Below, piece after piece: positions 29,689 through 38,636 of a DNA stretch of 64,000 bases. A program made the position numbers and the translations under genes. Under the pieces are notes generated by a model that saw only the letters and a program-made list of their open reading frames with translations, had not been told where the DNA came from and ran no database searches. The stretch's first letter is position 1, and each line of letters starts with the position of its first letter. Origin of the DNA: Rhabdothermincola salaria (GTDB lineage: Bacteria > Actinomycetota > Acidimicrobiia > Acidimicrobiales > Acidimicrobilacustridaceae); contig NZ_JAJQXW010000004.1 of NCBI RefSeq assembly GCF_021246445.1, forward strand, positions 186,001 to 250,000. Direction: 5' to 3'.

Positions 29689-31665
29689 ATGGACGCCGCC
29701 GAGTCGCCCACCCCGGCCCACCACGAGCGCGACCGCCCCTGGGTCATGCGCACCTACTCCGGGCACTCCACCGCCAAGGCGTCCAACGAGCTGTACCGCA
29801 CCAACCTGGCCAAGGGCCAGACCGGCCTGTCCATCGCCTTCGACCTGCCCACCCAGACCGGCTACGACCCCGACGACCCCAAGGCCCGGGGCGAGGTCGG
29901 CAAGGTCGGCGTGCCGGTCGCCCACCTCGGGCACATGCGAGAGCTGCTCGACGGCATCCCGCCCGGCGAGATGAACACCTCGATGACGATCAACGCCCCG
30001 GCGGCCTGGCTGCTCGCCCTCTACGTGGCCAACGCCACCGAGCAGGGCGTGGCCACCGATTCGCTGCGGGGCACCACCCAGAACGACATCGTCAAGGAGT
30101 ACCTCTCCCGGGGCACCTACATCTTCCCGCCGGAGCCCTCCAAGCGGCTCATCGTCGACATGGTCGCCTACTGCGCCCACCACGTCCCCAAGTGGAACCC
30201 GATGAACGTCTGCAGCTACCACCTGCAGGAAGCGGGCGCCACGCCGGTGCAGGAGATCGCCTACTCCCTGGCCACGGCGATCGACGTGCTCGACGCCGTA
30301 CGGGACTCCGGCCAGGTCGAGCCGGAGCAGTTCCCCCAGGTCGTCGCCTCCATCTCCTTCTTCGTGAACGCCGGCATCCGCTTCGTCGAGGAGGTGTGCA
30401 AGATGCGGGCCTTCACCGAGCTCTGGGACCGCATCACCCTCGAGCGCTACGGCGTGACCGACCCCAAGGCCCGCCGCTTCCGCTACGGCGTGCAGGTCAA
30501 CTCCCTCGGCCTCACCGAGGCCCAGCCCGAGAACAACGTGCAGCGCATCGTGCTCGAGATGCTCGCCGTCACGCTCTCCAAGGACGCTCGGGCCCGCTCG
30601 GTGCAGCTCCCGGCCTGGAACGAGGCGCTCGGACTCCCCCGACCGTGGGACCAGCAGTGGTCGTTGCGCATGCAACAGGTCCTGGCCTTCGAGACCGACC
30701 TGCTGGAGTACGACGACCTCTTCGCCGGGTCCCACGTCGTCGAGGCCCGCACGGCCGAGCTGGTCGAGGCCGCCACCACCGAGCTCGACGAGGTCCTGGG
30801 CATGGGCGGCGCCTTCGCGGCCATCGACGAGCTCAAGGGCCGTCTGGTGGCGTCGAACACCGAGCGGGTCCGCCGCATCGAGTCCGGCGAGCTGGTGGTG
30901 GTCGGCGTGAACCGCTTCACCGAGACGGCCGAGTCCCCCCTCGGCGGCGAGGAGAACATCCTCAAGGTCGACCCCGCCCTCGAGGCCCGCACCATCGCCG
31001 AGGTGCAGGCCTGGCGAGCCGACCGTGACGCCGACGCGGTCGCCGGGGCCCTCGACGAGCTGCGCCGGGTCGCCGGCACCGACGAGAACATCATGGACGC
31101 CACCATCGCCGTGGCGGCCGCCGGGGGCACCACGGGCGAGTGGGCCGGCGCTCTGCGCGAGGTCTTCGGCGAGTACCGGGCCCCCACGGGTGTCGCCGCG
31201 GCCGCCGGGACGGGCGCGCTCTCCACCGGCCTGCAGGCCGTCGCCGACCGGGTGAAGGCCGATCCCGGCGGACCTCCTCGCCTCCTGGTCGCCAAGCCCG
31301 GCCTCGACGGGCACTCCAACGGCGCCGAGCAGATCGCGGTGGCCGCCCGCGACGCGGGCATGGAGGTCATCTACCAGGGCATCCGGCTCACCCCCGAGCA
31401 GATCGCGGCCGTCGCCCGCGACGAGGACGTCGAGGTGGTCGGCCTGTCGATCCTCTCGGGCAGCCACCTGGACCTGGTGCCCGACGTGGTCGACCGCCTC
31501 CGGGCCGCCGGGGTCGACGCACCCGTCGTCGTCGGCGGCATCATCCCCGAGGACGACCGGCCCCGCCTGCTCGCCGCCGGCGTCGCCCGGGTGTACACAC
31601 CCAAGGACTTCGAGCTCGCCCGCATCATGGGCGACATCGCCGATCTCGCCCTCGAGGCCCGCTGA
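29689..31665 (+). CDS. meaA: B12-dependent acyl-CoA mutase, MeaA / ethylmalonyl-CoA mutase type
   Basis: PWVMRTYSGHS...NLAKGQTGLS, CSYHLQEAGA, LPAWNEALGLPRPWDQQWSLR, fused B12 domain KPGLDGHSNG. Confidence 0.92.
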   Translation: MDAAESPTPAHHERDRPWVMRTYSGHSTAKASNELYRTNLAKGQTGLSIAFDLPTQTGYDPDDPKARGEVGKVGVPVAHLGHMRELLDGIPPGEMNTSMTINAPAAWLLALYVANATEQGVATDSLRGTTQNDIVKEYLSRGTYIFPPEPSKRLIVDMVAYCAHHVPKWNPMNVCSYHLQEAGATPVQEIAYSLATAIDVLDAVRDSGQVEPEQFPQVVASISFFVNAGIRFVEEVCKMRAFTELWDRITLERYGVTDPKARRFRYGVQVNSLGLTEAQPENNVQRIVLEMLAVTLSKDARARSVQLPAWNEALGLPRPWDQQWSLRMQQVLAFETDLLEYDDLFAGSHVVEARTAELVEAATTELDEVLGMGGAFAAIDELKGRLVASNTERVRRIESGELVVVGVNRFTETAESPLGGEENILKVDPALEARTIAEVQAWRADRDADAVAGALDELRRVAGTDENIMDATIAVAAAGGTTGEWAGALREVFGEYRAPTGVAAAAGTGALSTGLQAVADRVKADPGGPPRLLVAKPGLDGHSNGAEQIAVAARDAGMEVIYQGIRLTPEQIAAVARDEDVEVVGLSILSGSHLDLVPDVVDRLRAAGVDAPVVVGGIIPEDDRPRLLAAGVARVYTPKDFELARIMGDIADLALEAR

Positions 31666-31808
31666 CCGGCCCGCCGGGGTGCGACGACGGTCGACATGGG
31701 GTGCCCGCCACGAGGCACGATGGTGGGCAGGGCGCCGACGAGCATGAGGACGCGACCGGCGGGGAAGGTACGGGCCCGGCAGGGGCGTGCTCCGGGGGGA
31801 GACCACGA

Positions 31809-32405
31809 GTGATCGACGAACCAGCCACGGACACCTCCGCCGCTCCCGCCCGCCGGCGTGGTCCGACCGCCGCCCGGGTGGTGCTCGCCCTGGGGCTCGT
31901 CCTGGTGGCGGTGGCGCTGGTCGTCACCGCACTGGAGACCACCAGCACTCCGATGCCCGGCCCCGTCGAGGTGGCGGCCGGCGTCGATCCGGGTGAACCC
32001 GGTTCCGGGGGCCCCGAACGGGTCGAGCCGCTCGGTCCCCGGGTCCTCGCCCCCGACCGGGCCGACCCGACGGCCTCCACCGCGACCGCCCCGACGACGT
32101 CTGCTCCGGCGATCACCGCGGCCCCGGCCCCACCGCCGCCACCGACGGGTGGCTCGGCGACCCGGGCCCCCACGTCCTCGGTCGCGCCCGACCCGGTCGC
32201 GATCCCGGCCCCCGGGTCCCTCCTCGAGGACCCGACCGCTCCACTCGACCCGATCACCTCACCCACCTCCACGCTGCTGCCACCGCTGCTCGACCCCGAC
32301 GAGCCGCTCGTGGTCCCCTTGCCGGGGCCCGACCTCACCGTCCCCCTCCTGCCCGGGATCGATCCCGAGCTCGGCGGCCTGGACGACCTGCTCCGCCCCC
32401 GGTGA
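31809..32405 (+). CDS. Hypothetical Pro/Thr-rich single-pass membrane protein
   Basis: Basic patch plus hydrophobic helix, then low-complexity Pro/Ala/Thr; GTGA overlap with the kinase. Confidence 0.6.
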   Translation: MIDEPATDTSAAPARRRGPTAARVVLALGLVLVAVALVVTALETTSTPMPGPVEVAAGVDPGEPGSGGPERVEPLGPRVLAPDRADPTASTATAPTTSAPAITAAPAPPPPPTGGSATRAPTSSVAPDPVAIPAPGSLLEDPTAPLDPITSPTSTLLPPLLDPDEPLVVPLPGPDLTVPLLPGIDPELGGLDDLLRPR

Positions 32406-33796
32406 ACCGGCCCCGAGGCTGGGCCCGCATCGGTGTCCGGGGACGGGTCGTCGCCGCCTTCCTGGTCATGCTGGTGCTGGCCGAAGGGGTGTCGCTCGTC
32501 GTGTTGCGCCAGGTCGGCGAGGCCCGCATCGACGAGCAGGCCACCGACGAGCTCCTGGCCGCCGCCGAGCCGTTCCGGACCAGCGTGGCCGACACCCTGG
32601 AGCCCGGCTCGGGCGCGCTCACCGAGGTGTTCGACGACTACCTGAGGACCCGACCGGCGCGCACCGACCAGGCCTACCTGGCCCTGCGGCGAGGTGAGCC
32701 CTACGCCGTCTCCGCCGGGGCACCCGTCGAGCTCGACCGGCTGCCGGAGGTCGAACGCTGGGCCGACCTCTCCACCACGACCGAAGGAACCACGACCACG
32801 GCGGCCGGAGCGACGCGCTGGTTGGCCGTCCCGGTCGTCGCCGGGTCCGACGTGCTCGGCACGCTGGTGGTCGCCCAGTTCACCGATGCCCAGAGCCAGG
32901 CGCTCGAGTCGACCGTGGTGACGGTCAGCCTGGTCACGTTGCTGTTGCTCGCCGGCGCCGCGCTCCTCGCCTGGGTGGCGGCGGGGCGGGCGCTGGTGCC
33001 CCTGCGGCGCCTGGCCCGCACCGCCGAGTCCGTCAGCGGCGGCGGCGACCTCGACGCCCGGATCGAGGTGGTCACCGATGACGAGACGGGACACCTGGCG
33101 CGGTCCTTCAACGCCATGCTCGACCGCCTCAGGGGGGCCTTCGACAGCCAACGGCAGTTCCTCGACGACGCCGGCCACGAGCTGCGGGCGCCCATCACCA
33201 TCGTGCGGGGGCACGTCGAGCTCCTCGACGACGACCCTGCGGTGCGCCAGCAGGAGGTGGCCCTGGTGCTCGACGAGCTCGACCGGATGGACCGTCTCGT
33301 CACCGACCTGCGCCTCCTCGCCCGATCCCAGCGACCCGACTTCCTCAGCACCGCACCGGTGGACGTCGACGCCTTCGTCACCGCCGTGGCCGCCAAGGCC
33401 GGGGCGCTGGGCGAACGCACCTGGGTGGTGTCCGCCGACAGCGAGGCCACGGTGCGGGTCGACGCCCAGCGCCTCACCCAGGCCGTGCTCAACCTCGCCG
33501 ACAACGCCGTGCGGGTCACCGACGCAGACGCCACCATCGAGATCGGGGCCCGTCGCGACGGGGACGCGACGGTCACCTTCTGGGTGGCCGACGACGGGCC
33601 CGGCATCGATCCCGCCGACGTGCCCCACCTCTTCGACCGCACCCAGCACACCGTCCCCACCCGGCCCGGGGGCACCGGGCTGGGCCTGCCGATCGTGGAG
33701 GCCATCGTGCGCGCCCACGGCGGTAGGGTCGCCGTGCACAGCGATGTCGGCGTGGGGACCCGCATCGAGCTCACCCTTCCGGAGGCGCCCGCGTGA
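32402..33796 (+). CDS. HAMP-domain sensor histidine kinase
   Basis: Two TM helices, HAMP, DAGHELRAP H-box, NLADNA, DDGPG, GTGLGL. Confidence 0.93.
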   Translation: MNRPRGWARIGVRGRVVAAFLVMLVLAEGVSLVVLRQVGEARIDEQATDELLAAAEPFRTSVADTLEPGSGALTEVFDDYLRTRPARTDQAYLALRRGEPYAVSAGAPVELDRLPEVERWADLSTTTEGTTTTAAGATRWLAVPVVAGSDVLGTLVVAQFTDAQSQALESTVVTVSLVTLLLLAGAALLAWVAAGRALVPLRRLARTAESVSGGGDLDARIEVVTDDETGHLARSFNAMLDRLRGAFDSQRQFLDDAGHELRAPITIVRGHVELLDDDPAVRQQEVALVLDELDRMDRLVTDLRLLARSQRPDFLSTAPVDVDAFVTAVAAKAGALGERTWVVSADSEATVRVDAQRLTQAVLNLADNAVRVTDADATIEIGARRDGDATVTFWVADDGPGIDPADVPHLFDRTQHTVPTRPGGTGLGLPIVEAIVRAHGGRVAVHSDVGVGTRIELTLPEAPA

Positions 33797-34452
33797 ACCG
33801 TGTGCTCGTCGTCGACGACGAGGAACGCATCACCGCGTTCGTCGAGAAGGGGCTGCGCAAGCACGGGTTCACCACCATGGCGGTGCACGACGGCGACAGC
33901 GCCGTCGATCTGGCCCGCGACGGCGACTTCGACCTGGTGGTCCTCGACGTCGGCCTGCCCCGCCGAGACGGCTTCGAGGTGCTGCGCTGCCTGCGCGAAC
34001 GCGGCGAGCGCCTCCCGGTGATCCTGCTGACCTCACGCGACGGCATCGACGACACCGTGCGGGGCTTCGACGTCGGCGCCGACGACTACCTCACCAAGCC
34101 GTTCCGCTTCGACGAGCTGCTGGCCCGGGCCCGGGCCCGGCTGCGGGAGCCGGGCCGGGCCGAACCCACCACGGTGTCCGCGGCCGGGGTCACCCTGGAC
34201 CTGCGCACCCGCCAGGCCACGGTCGACGGCGACGAGGTCGACCTCTCGACCCGCGAGTTCACCCTGGCCGAAGCGCTCATGACCAACGCCGGCGCCGTGC
34301 TGACCCGAGAGCAGCTCCTGAGCCGCGTCTGGGGCTACGACTTCGAGGGGAGCTCGAACGTGGTCGAGGTGTACGTGGGCTACCTGCGCCGCAAGCTGGG
34401 CTCGTCCTGCATCGAGACGGTCCGGGGGACCGGCTACCGGTTCCGGCGCTGA
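33793..34452 (+). CDS. OmpR/PhoB-family response regulator
   Basis: VLVVDDE, LDVGLP, GADDYLTKPF, winged helix SNVVEVYVGYLRRKL, ETVRGTGY. Confidence 0.95.
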   Translation: MNRVLVVDDEERITAFVEKGLRKHGFTTMAVHDGDSAVDLARDGDFDLVVLDVGLPRRDGFEVLRCLRERGERLPVILLTSRDGIDDTVRGFDVGADDYLTKPFRFDELLARARARLREPGRAEPTTVSAAGVTLDLRTRQATVDGDEVDLSTREFTLAEALMTNAGAVLTREQLLSRVWGYDFEGSSNVVEVYVGYLRRKLGSSCIETVRGTGYRFRR

Positions 34453-34489
34453 GCCTCAGGTCGGGCAGCCGCGGCCTGTGAAGAACGCG

Positions 34490-34521
34490 GCAGTGGCTGC
34501 CCCCGACGGGGCAGCCACTGC
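34490..34521. terminator. Hairpin between convergent genes, likely terminator
   Basis: Perfect 14-bp stem gcagtggctgcccc/ggggcagccactgc with a 4-nt loop. Confidence 0.7.
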
Positions 34522-34574
34522 GCTCGGACCACCCGGGAGGGGAGGCCTCGTCGCCTCCCGCCAGGGGGTCGCCG

Positions 34575-35660
34575 TCAGAGCCCGAGGTCGGCGGTGACGT
34601 CGGTCTCGACGCCGACGTCGGCCGAGAGCCCACCGTCACCGGGGGCGGGGAGAGGGAGCGGCAGGCCGTCACCGGGCAGGGGGAGCCCGCCACCCGGGAG
34701 GGGCAGTGCGCCACCGTCGGGCAGCGGCAGGGGCAGCCCGCCCACGTCGGGGAGGGGCAGGGGCGGCACCGGCACGGGCAGAGGCGGCAGCGGCAGGGGC
34801 AGCCCGCCCGGCGCCGGCGGAGCCGGGGTGTCGCCCTCGCCGCCCTCGCCGCCACCGTCGGTCTCCGGGGGCACGCTCACGCACCCGGGGGCGGGGACCG
34901 GCGCACCGCTGACCGACACGCAGACCTCGGCCTGGGCGGGGGCCGGCGCTCCCGGCTGAGCGGGCGGATCGGCGGGGGGATCGACCGGCGCGTCAGTCAG
35001 GGGGGCCGTCGTGGGCGGGGCGGTGGTGGGCATGGGCTGCTCACCGGCACCTTCGTCGATGGCGGTCGTGTTGAGGTTGAGCGCCGGGTCGTTCGGCGTG
35101 CAGGTGGCCACGCCGAAGTTGGTGTCGGCCACCACCTCGGACCACACCTTCCACTCGATGAGGTCGTCGGCCGGGGCGTCGGTGATCGTCTGGTCCACCA
35201 CCACGGTGGGGATCTCCACGGCGCTGGAGCTCACCGGGCCGGTGAAGGTCACGACCAGGTCGGTTCCGACGATCTCGTGGCTGCCGGCCATGTTCCCGCC
35301 CTCGAAAGCGACCGCATCGGTGGACACCACCTCCTCGGGGATGGGGGTGGTGACCTTGAGGCTGTTGATGGTCACCTCGACGGGCATGGCGCCGAACCCC
35401 TGGTCGATGCGCAGGGTCTGGGCGCCGCCGGGGGCGATGGGGTCCACGGCATCGTCGACGCCCATGGGCACCACCATGTCGACGGCGGAGCCCCCGAGCG
35501 AACAGGTCGCGGCCACGTCCGTCTGGACCGGGTCGGCCGACGCACCGCCGTGGAGCCACACGGCCCCGCCGGCGGCGACGAGCAACGTCGCCCCTGCCCC
35601 GGCGGCCAACGCTCGGCGGCCCCTCGTGCGGGGAACCATGGTCTCTCCGGTCGTGGTCAT
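34575..35660 (-). CDS. Hypothetical exported protein with Pro/Leu/Gly-rich tail
   Basis: AGGAGG RBS, signal peptide (RGRRALAAG...ASA), beta-rich acidic core with Cys pairs, repeated GLPLP tail. Confidence 0.75.
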   Translation of the reverse strand: MTTTGETMVPRTRGRRALAAGAGATLLVAAGGAVWLHGGASADPVQTDVAATCSLGGSAVDMVVPMGVDDAVDPIAPGGAQTLRIDQGFGAMPVEVTINSLKVTTPIPEEVVSTDAVAFEGGNMAGSHEIVGTDLVVTFTGPVSSSAVEIPTVVVDQTITDAPADDLIEWKVWSEVVADTNFGVATCTPNDPALNLNTTAIDEGAGEQPMPTTAPPTTAPLTDAPVDPPADPPAQPGAPAPAQAEVCVSVSGAPVPAPGCVSVPPETDGGGEGGEGDTPAPPAPGGLPLPLPPLPVPVPPLPLPDVGGLPLPLPDGGALPLPGGGLPLPGDGLPLPLPAPGDGGLSADVGVETDVTADLGL

Positions 35661-35741
35661 GCATCCTCCTCGTGTCGTCGCCCTGGGCGATCCGTGGGGG
35701 TGAGGATGGACGGGAACCCTGTGGCCGGCCTGTGGGGGCGA

Positions 35742-35755
35742 TGAGAACCTTCTCA
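35742..35755. promoter_or_regulatory. Putative operator TGAGAA-CC-TTCTCA
   Basis: Perfect AT-rich palindrome in a GC-rich divergent intergenic region. Confidence 0.5.
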
Positions 35756-35911
35756 GGATCCTCGGCGCGCCGATCGCGGGCGGGACGGTCCGCCACGCGC
35801 GATCCTCTCGGGGTGCAGAAGCCCGCCCCGACCGGCCCGCCACCGGGCGCCCCTCGTCGCCGGCACGCCGACCGCGCTCACGAGACGCCGCCAGGAGCCG
35901 ACAGGCAGCAG

Positions 35912-36688
35912 ATGGATCGACGCACACCGCTCGCGGCCGGAAGCGGCCTGCTCGCCGTGGTGGCCGGCGTGTCCGCCGCTCTCGGCGCGCCCGCGGCGGT
36001 GGGCCTGGTGGCGGCCCTGGCTGGGGCGATGGCGGCGGTCCTGGCCGTGGGCGCACTGACCCAGGCCCGGGCCAGCGAACGGAGGGCGGTGGCGGCCGAG
36101 ACCCAGATCGACGGCCTGCGCGGTGAGCTCCACGTGGCCGATCAGGGGCGACGAGACGCCGAGGCCCGCCTCGAGTGGCGCACCCAGCTGACGGCGGTCC
36201 GACGGGCCACCGAGGACGACCACCTCACCGACGCCACCACCGGGCTGCTGGCTGAGGGCTGGTTCGTGGTCGCGCTCGAGTCCCGGCTGGCCGGCGCCCG
36301 CCGCAACCTCCGTCCGGTCGCCGTCGTGGTGCTCGACGTCGTCGTCGGCCTCAGCGGCGGACGACCCGCCCCGGCCGACCCCCGCCGGGTGGCCGCCGCC
36401 GTCACCGCCACGATCCGCGAAGCCGACGACGCGTTCCGTCTGCGCGACGGTGTCTTCGCCCTGCTGTTGGACGACACCACCGACACCGGCGCCATGTGGA
36501 CCGCCGAGCGGGTTCGCGATGCCATCGCCGGCGTCGAGCCCGATGCCGTGCTCTGGGCCGGAGTCGCCTGCTACCCGGCCCACGGCCTCACGACCGACGA
36601 GGTCCTCGACCGAGCCGACACCGCGCTCGATGCGGCCCGAGAGTGGCGCCAGCACCGCATCGAGGTGGCGACGAGCGTCGAGAGCTGA
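35912..36688 (+). CDS. Membrane-anchored degenerate GGDEF-domain protein
   Basis: Two TM helices, coiled coil, LTDATTGL, IREADDAFRLRDGVFALLL, AGVACYP, ADTAL. Confidence 0.8.
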   Translation: MDRRTPLAAGSGLLAVVAGVSAALGAPAAVGLVAALAGAMAAVLAVGALTQARASERRAVAAETQIDGLRGELHVADQGRRDAEARLEWRTQLTAVRRATEDDHLTDATTGLLAEGWFVVALESRLAGARRNLRPVAVVVLDVVVGLSGGRPAPADPRRVAAAVTATIREADDAFRLRDGVFALLLDDTTDTGAMWTAERVRDAIAGVEPDAVLWAGVACYPAHGLTTDEVLDRADTALDAAREWRQHRIEVATSVES

Positions 36689-36730
36689 GCCGCGGCGGCC
36701 CCACGGGACCGCCGCTCCGGCACCAAGACC

Positions 36731-37873
36731 TCAGGCCGGACCCTTGACGATGCGTCGGACGTGGCCGCCCCCGGAGCGCCACATCACGGCGTCCACCGCG
36801 TAGTGGTGCAGGTTGAAGTAGGCGAACAACAACACCGCCACCAGCGGCCCGGCGGCCGTGGAGGCCATGGCCCCACCCAGCCACATGGGCAACCAGTACG
36901 ACAGCAACATGCCCGTGGCCAGCGCCGTCCCGAACACCGTGGCCCACCACACGACCGGACGCGGCTCGCGGCGCTCGGCCCCCCAGCTCACTTCGGCCCG
37001 ATGCGCGCACACCAGGTACTGCAGACCGTGGAGGGCACCGAGCACCAGGAAGGTGCTCACATGGCCAGGGGTCCACACGAAGAAGAGGTAGGCGACCAGG
37101 TAGGGGGTCCACATGGTGGCGGGCGGCAACGTCCGGGCGTGGACGGCGAGGCGCACGAAGGCGCCCCCCACCACCACCAGCGAGACGACGGCCACGACCT
37201 CGAGGGCTCGTTCCGTGATCGGGGGGAACACCTCGAAGCCGCCGGCGAAGCCGTAGCTGGCCGGCCGGTAGCCCCGGGTCCACACGATGGAGGCATTGAG
37301 GAACCACAGCGGGTACAGCCCGTAGCGCAGCACCCGGGTGGACGCCCGATCCAGGGGCAGCCCCCCGAGCGAGGCCCCGACCCGCGCCACGCCGTAGGCC
37401 TGCTTGACGTAGTGCCAGCCGGTGAGGGTGAAGACGGAGACGAGCAGGAGGCGCACGCCGAGCACGGCCAGGCCGCCGGCACCGAGCACGGCTGCCACCA
37501 CCACCGCGAACGACACCACCCCCAGCGCCGCCGGCACCCCGACGAGGGCCGGCCAGTTGCGGCGCACCTCGGCCCGTCCCTGCCCGTAGGCCAGGTGGTA
37601 GCTGATCCCGAAGTGGGTGCCGGTGATCGCGAGCAGCAGCCACATGAAGGGGCCGGTGATGGTCGGGATGCCGTCGCCGCCCAGGCCGAAGGGGCGGGCC
37701 AGCACCACCCAGGCCACGATGCCGACGCCGCCCACCAGCCACCCGTCGAGCCGGGGGCTGACGAGGCGTCGTCGGCCGGCCCCGGCTCCGGGGTCTGCCG
37801 GTGCGGCCTGTGGACCGGGGCTCGATCCGCCGGCCGAGGAGGTGTCCCCCTCGAGGGGGACGACCGTCGCCAC
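36731..37873 (-). CDS. Hypothetical polytopic membrane protein with conserved-looking His motifs
   Basis: About 9-10 hydrophobic helices; THFGISYH, WHYVKQAYG, LHGLQY, NLHHYAVD. Confidence 0.8.
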   Translation of the reverse strand: MATVVPLEGDTSSAGGSSPGPQAAPADPGAGAGRRRLVSPRLDGWLVGGVGIVAWVVLARPFGLGGDGIPTITGPFMWLLLAITGTHFGISYHLAYGQGRAEVRRNWPALVGVPAALGVVSFAVVVAAVLGAGGLAVLGVRLLLVSVFTLTGWHYVKQAYGVARVGASLGGLPLDRASTRVLRYGLYPLWFLNASIVWTRGYRPASYGFAGGFEVFPPITERALEVVAVVSLVVVGGAFVRLAVHARTLPPATMWTPYLVAYLFFVWTPGHVSTFLVLGALHGLQYLVCAHRAEVSWGAERREPRPVVWWATVFGTALATGMLLSYWLPMWLGGAMASTAAGPLVAVLLFAYFNLHHYAVDAVMWRSGGGHVRRIVKGPA

Positions 37874-37875
37874 GG

Positions 37876-38490
37876 TCAGGTACGACGGCGGGACGCGACG
37901 AGGAGGAAGGATCCGCCGACGACCAGCGTGAGGCCGATCGCGCCGCTCAGCCAGGTGGCGGCGTCGACGCCCGTGTAGGGCAGGGTCTCGGCGGGCGCCG
38001 CCGAGGCCGTGGCCGGGCGGACCTCCTCCGCCCCGACGACCTCGACCCCGTCGCCGTCGACGACGACCTCCTCGACGATCACCACGTCGTCCTCGACGAT
38101 CACCACGTCCTCCTCGACGGGCCCCGCCCCTTCGTCACCGACCTCGTCGGGGCACTCGTCGGGAGCGACGAACGCGACACCGCCCACGCTGTCGGTGGGG
38201 CACTCCTCTTCGGGGACGACCTCGTCCTCCGGGCAGTCTCCGGGGGCGCGGATGGAGCCCGGGGCGCACGCGTCGTCGCCACCGCCCTGGTCCTCGCACT
38301 CGTCGGGGCTGGCGTCCGGCGGGCACTTGGCGAAGACGGCGCCGGCGTTGCCGACCGACCCGGAGGCGCCCACCGAGGCCAACGGCGTGAACAACAGCAC
38401 GAGCCCGAACACGATCACGAGGATCGGCCCGATGGTCCGGATGTCGGTCCAGCCGGGACGCGACGGGTCGGTGGATGAGCTCTGGGTCAC
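37876..38490 (-). CDS. Acidic Cys-rich LPXTG cell-wall-anchored protein
   Basis: GAAGGA RBS, N-terminal hydrophobic helix, six Cys, LPYTG plus hydrophobic stretch plus RRRT tail. Confidence 0.78.
   Translation of the reverse strand: MTQSSSTDPSRPGWTDIRTIGPILVIVFGLVLLFTPLASVGASGSVGNAGAVFAKCPPDASPDECEDQGGGDDACAPGSIRAPGDCPEDEVVPEEECPTDSVGGVAFVAPDECPDEVGDEGAGPVEEDVVIVEDDVVIVEEVVVDGDGVEVVGAEEVRPATASAAPAETLPYTGVDAATWLSGAIGLTLVVGGSFLLVASRRRT
38069..38119 (-). repeat. 21-bp coding tandem repeat (DVVIVE[D/E]), about 2.4 copies
   Basis: tcctcgacgatcaccacgtc(g/c) at 38069 and 38090, partial copy at 38111. Confidence 0.8.
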
Positions 38491-38565
38491 GAGACGTCCT
38501 TCAGGTTGGTCCAAGGATGTGGGTGCGCCGCCCGCAGGCGGCGACCCGAGCAGCATGACCAGCGG

Positions 38566-38586
38566 GCGCGAACGGAGCGCGAACGG
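38566..38586 (-). promoter_or_regulatory. Direct-repeat operator candidate, 11-bp period
   Basis: gcgcgaacgg at 38566-38575 and 38577-38586, 8 bp upstream of a minus-strand CATGCT hexamer (38552-38557). Confidence 0.5.
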
Positions 38587-38636
38587 CCCTCCCGACGGCC
38601 CGGCGCCATCGCTCCGGAGCCGCCCGGAGCTCGGCC

